Positions 62,642 through 64,000 of a stretch of DNA of 64,000 bases are shown here, in pieces. Numbering within the stretch: the stretch's first letter is position 1; each line of letters opens with the position of its first letter. The stretch is from a virus. The notes under the pieces were generated by a model that saw only the letters and a list, made by a program, of their open reading frames with translations, made no database searches and was not told the DNA's origin. A program made the position numbers and the translations under genes. The DNA lies in the IMG/VR virus record IMGVR_UViG_3300044695_006747, positions 122,824-186,823 of that record; one strand, 5' to 3'.

Positions 62642-62872
62642 GCTTATACTATACCTTATCGACCAATCGTTGTCAAGACCTTTAAACTTTCGCTGACTAC
62701 AGCCACACTAGCCAAATCCGGAGGATTAGGAAAAACAATGTCGGCTTCCGCCATACTCGACCAACATTTCAGATAGCCTCTTTTGATATCATTGTGGCTA
62801 TCCCCGTCCATTGTTTCCCTAAGTATACCATTAGTATCGGCACTGTCAATACCAATCTATAAGAAAAATATT

Positions 62873-62916
62873 CTGCCATTTTGGCAGTTCGGCCGCGGCA
62901 ACCGCCATTTTGGCAG
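62873..62916. repeat. 44-bp double-palindrome element, copy 6
   Basis: CTGCCATTTTGGCAG ttcggccgcggcaa CCGCCATTTTGGCAG; abuts the stop codon at 62917. Confidence 0.92.
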
Positions 62917-63042
62917 TTAATCGTTGTCGATATACCACCAATGGCATTGCTGGCAGAAGTTCCAAATGATTCCATAATCATCATACTTCCATACCAACAC
63001 ATCACACGCCCCACACGGGCAAATATCACTAAGAGTTTTCAT
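62917..63042 (-). CDS. 41-aa zinc-ribbon peptide (different frame from track ORF 62769..63029)
   Basis: MKTLSDICPCGACDVLVWKYDDYGIIWNFCQQCHWWYIDND. Confidence 0.6.
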   Translation of the reverse strand: MKTLSDICPCGACDVLVWKYDDYGIIWNFCQQCHWWYIDND

Positions 63043-63573
63043 ATACTAACCTTACATATTCATCTGCCAGTTCTTTTGTAGTTATATTATGAATCCTCAT
63101 TACATCTGCTACTTTAGTCACAACGTTTCTATTCATTGCGCTTATTCGTGAGTTAAAAAAGTTCAACAAATAAATAATCGCTTGTGAACGAGTCATTTTA
63201 TCAGCGTCAATACTATTTAAGTCACTAAAGTTTTTAGCCATTAGGATAATCCTCTGGGTAATCTGTTACTGGTCGTTCTGGTTTAGGCTGTCCCTCATAT
63301 GGCATCCACCAAGGAGCATCCATACGATCCACAAGACCCGGACTTTCTTCACAAATAAGAATATGCGGACTCACAGGATCATCACGATGAATCTCATACC
63401 GTCCACGCCACACGCCAATATCTGGCCCAAAGTAGTAAACCTTCTGGCCGTTGATAGGGCGACGATAACCAAAAAAACTAAGCCATTCCATTTTGCTTTC
63501 CTTTTCCGTCATTATACCAATCATTCTGTATCTGTCAAGAGTATTAAAATACCGGCTGTTAATAGATCGACTT

Positions 63574-63649
63574 AGTGGATAGATGGATTCGAACCATCAA
63601 CTCCTCTTGTATTTAAACAAGTGGAACTCTACCTTTGAGTTATACCCAC
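63574..63649 (-). tRNA. tRNA-like gene with extended anticodon arm, anticodon undetermined
   Basis: Normal acceptor GTGGGTA/TATCCAC, D-arm ACTC/GAGT and T-arm GATGG TTCGAAT CCATC, but anticodon arm CC-A-CTTGT-TTAAAT-ACAAG-A-GG. Confidence 0.6.
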
Positions 63650-64000
63650 CGATAGTTTTACAAATAATGTCCGGTATCACGCATTACTTAACCCTAACGG
63701 CTCTCGCAGTCTTAGGTTTCTATCCGACCCCTGTTTGTAACCAGCGGAATCATTTACGCCCCGATTCCTATAATCCATACGATTGTCCGTTGTCTGGATC
63801 GGATGGAAACCGCCCACGGAAACCTCCCTAGAATCTTTATGATTCATCTGGCTCTTGGTGACGGTTACTGATTGTATTGGTCGTGGTGAGGACGCTATCC
63901 CCCATAGATTAGCATTACTATACAGCGTATAAGCCCGCTGTCAACCCCACGCTGCATAACAGCCGTAGGTTTATCGTAATGGCTTATCCTAATCTAGTCC

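Larger units (their letters stand above)
54057..62730 (-). repeat. Dispersed repeat family B (5 copies, starts 54057, 54194, 55946, 58925, 62690): (A/G)ATC(C) hairpin + 7-14 nt + RTAGTCAGCGA
   Basis: Plus-strand TCGCTGACTA(C/T) followed by AATCC-N3-GGATT or a similar hairpin at each site; coordinates span the family. Confidence 0.7.

Noticed and set aside
56164-62916. CRISPR array interpretation of the 44-bp repeats
   Set aside because: Copies are 0.67-2.4 kb apart with whole genes between them, not 30-40 nt spacers; no cas gene is visible.
62769-63029. Track ORF running through element copy 6 and a promoter
   Set aside because: The zinc-ribbon ORF 62917..63042 in another frame stops exactly at the element and is more plausible.
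1-64000. Alternative genetic code (stop-codon reassignment)
   Set aside because: Long conserved genes are intact under code 11, TAG and TGA end well-defined genes, and no suppressor tRNA was found.
1-64000. Integrase, transposase, reverse transcriptase/DGR, PhuZ or nucleus-shell genes, rRNA
   Set aside because: No diagnostic motifs seen in any ORF or intergenic region of this window.

Overview
This looks like a 64-kb slice of a large, AT-rich lytic dsDNA bacteriophage genome, with no virion structural genes in view. Coding is almost entirely on the minus strand; the only credible plus-strand CDSs are a GIY-YIG and an HNH endonuclease. Left to right: a sugar-nucleotide/glycosylation block (0-5.7 kb); SET, macrodomain, subtilase, actin-like ATPase and RuvB genes; a RepB-like primase with rIIB/rIIA; tRNA-Leu; a DNA glycosylase and ATP-dependent ligase; a trypsin-DUF1501-VWA trio suggesting a Planctomycetota/PVC host (inference); tmRNA; a tRNA interrupted by a 198-nt group I intron that splices to tRNA-Ile(UAU); a SpoU methyltransferase, UvsE and ThyX; about 20 kb of small hypothetical genes; and a promoter-dense 54-64 kb region with a tRNA cluster, DUF932, a PRTase, a GP88-like protein and an L7/L12-like protein. 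The best unexplained signals are non-coding. (1) A 44-bp element of two 15-bp palindromes exactly 14 bp apart occurs 6 times, each between the end of one gene or tRNA and the next promoter. (2) A hairpin plus GTAGTCAGCGA motif occurs 5 times. (3) A TTGACA promoter family has mostly 16-bp spacers, many with a CGAT core. (4) Several atypical tRNAs and candidate structured RNAs are present. All calls come from manual motif reading and hand alignment; no database search was run, so family names are recognitions rather than hits.
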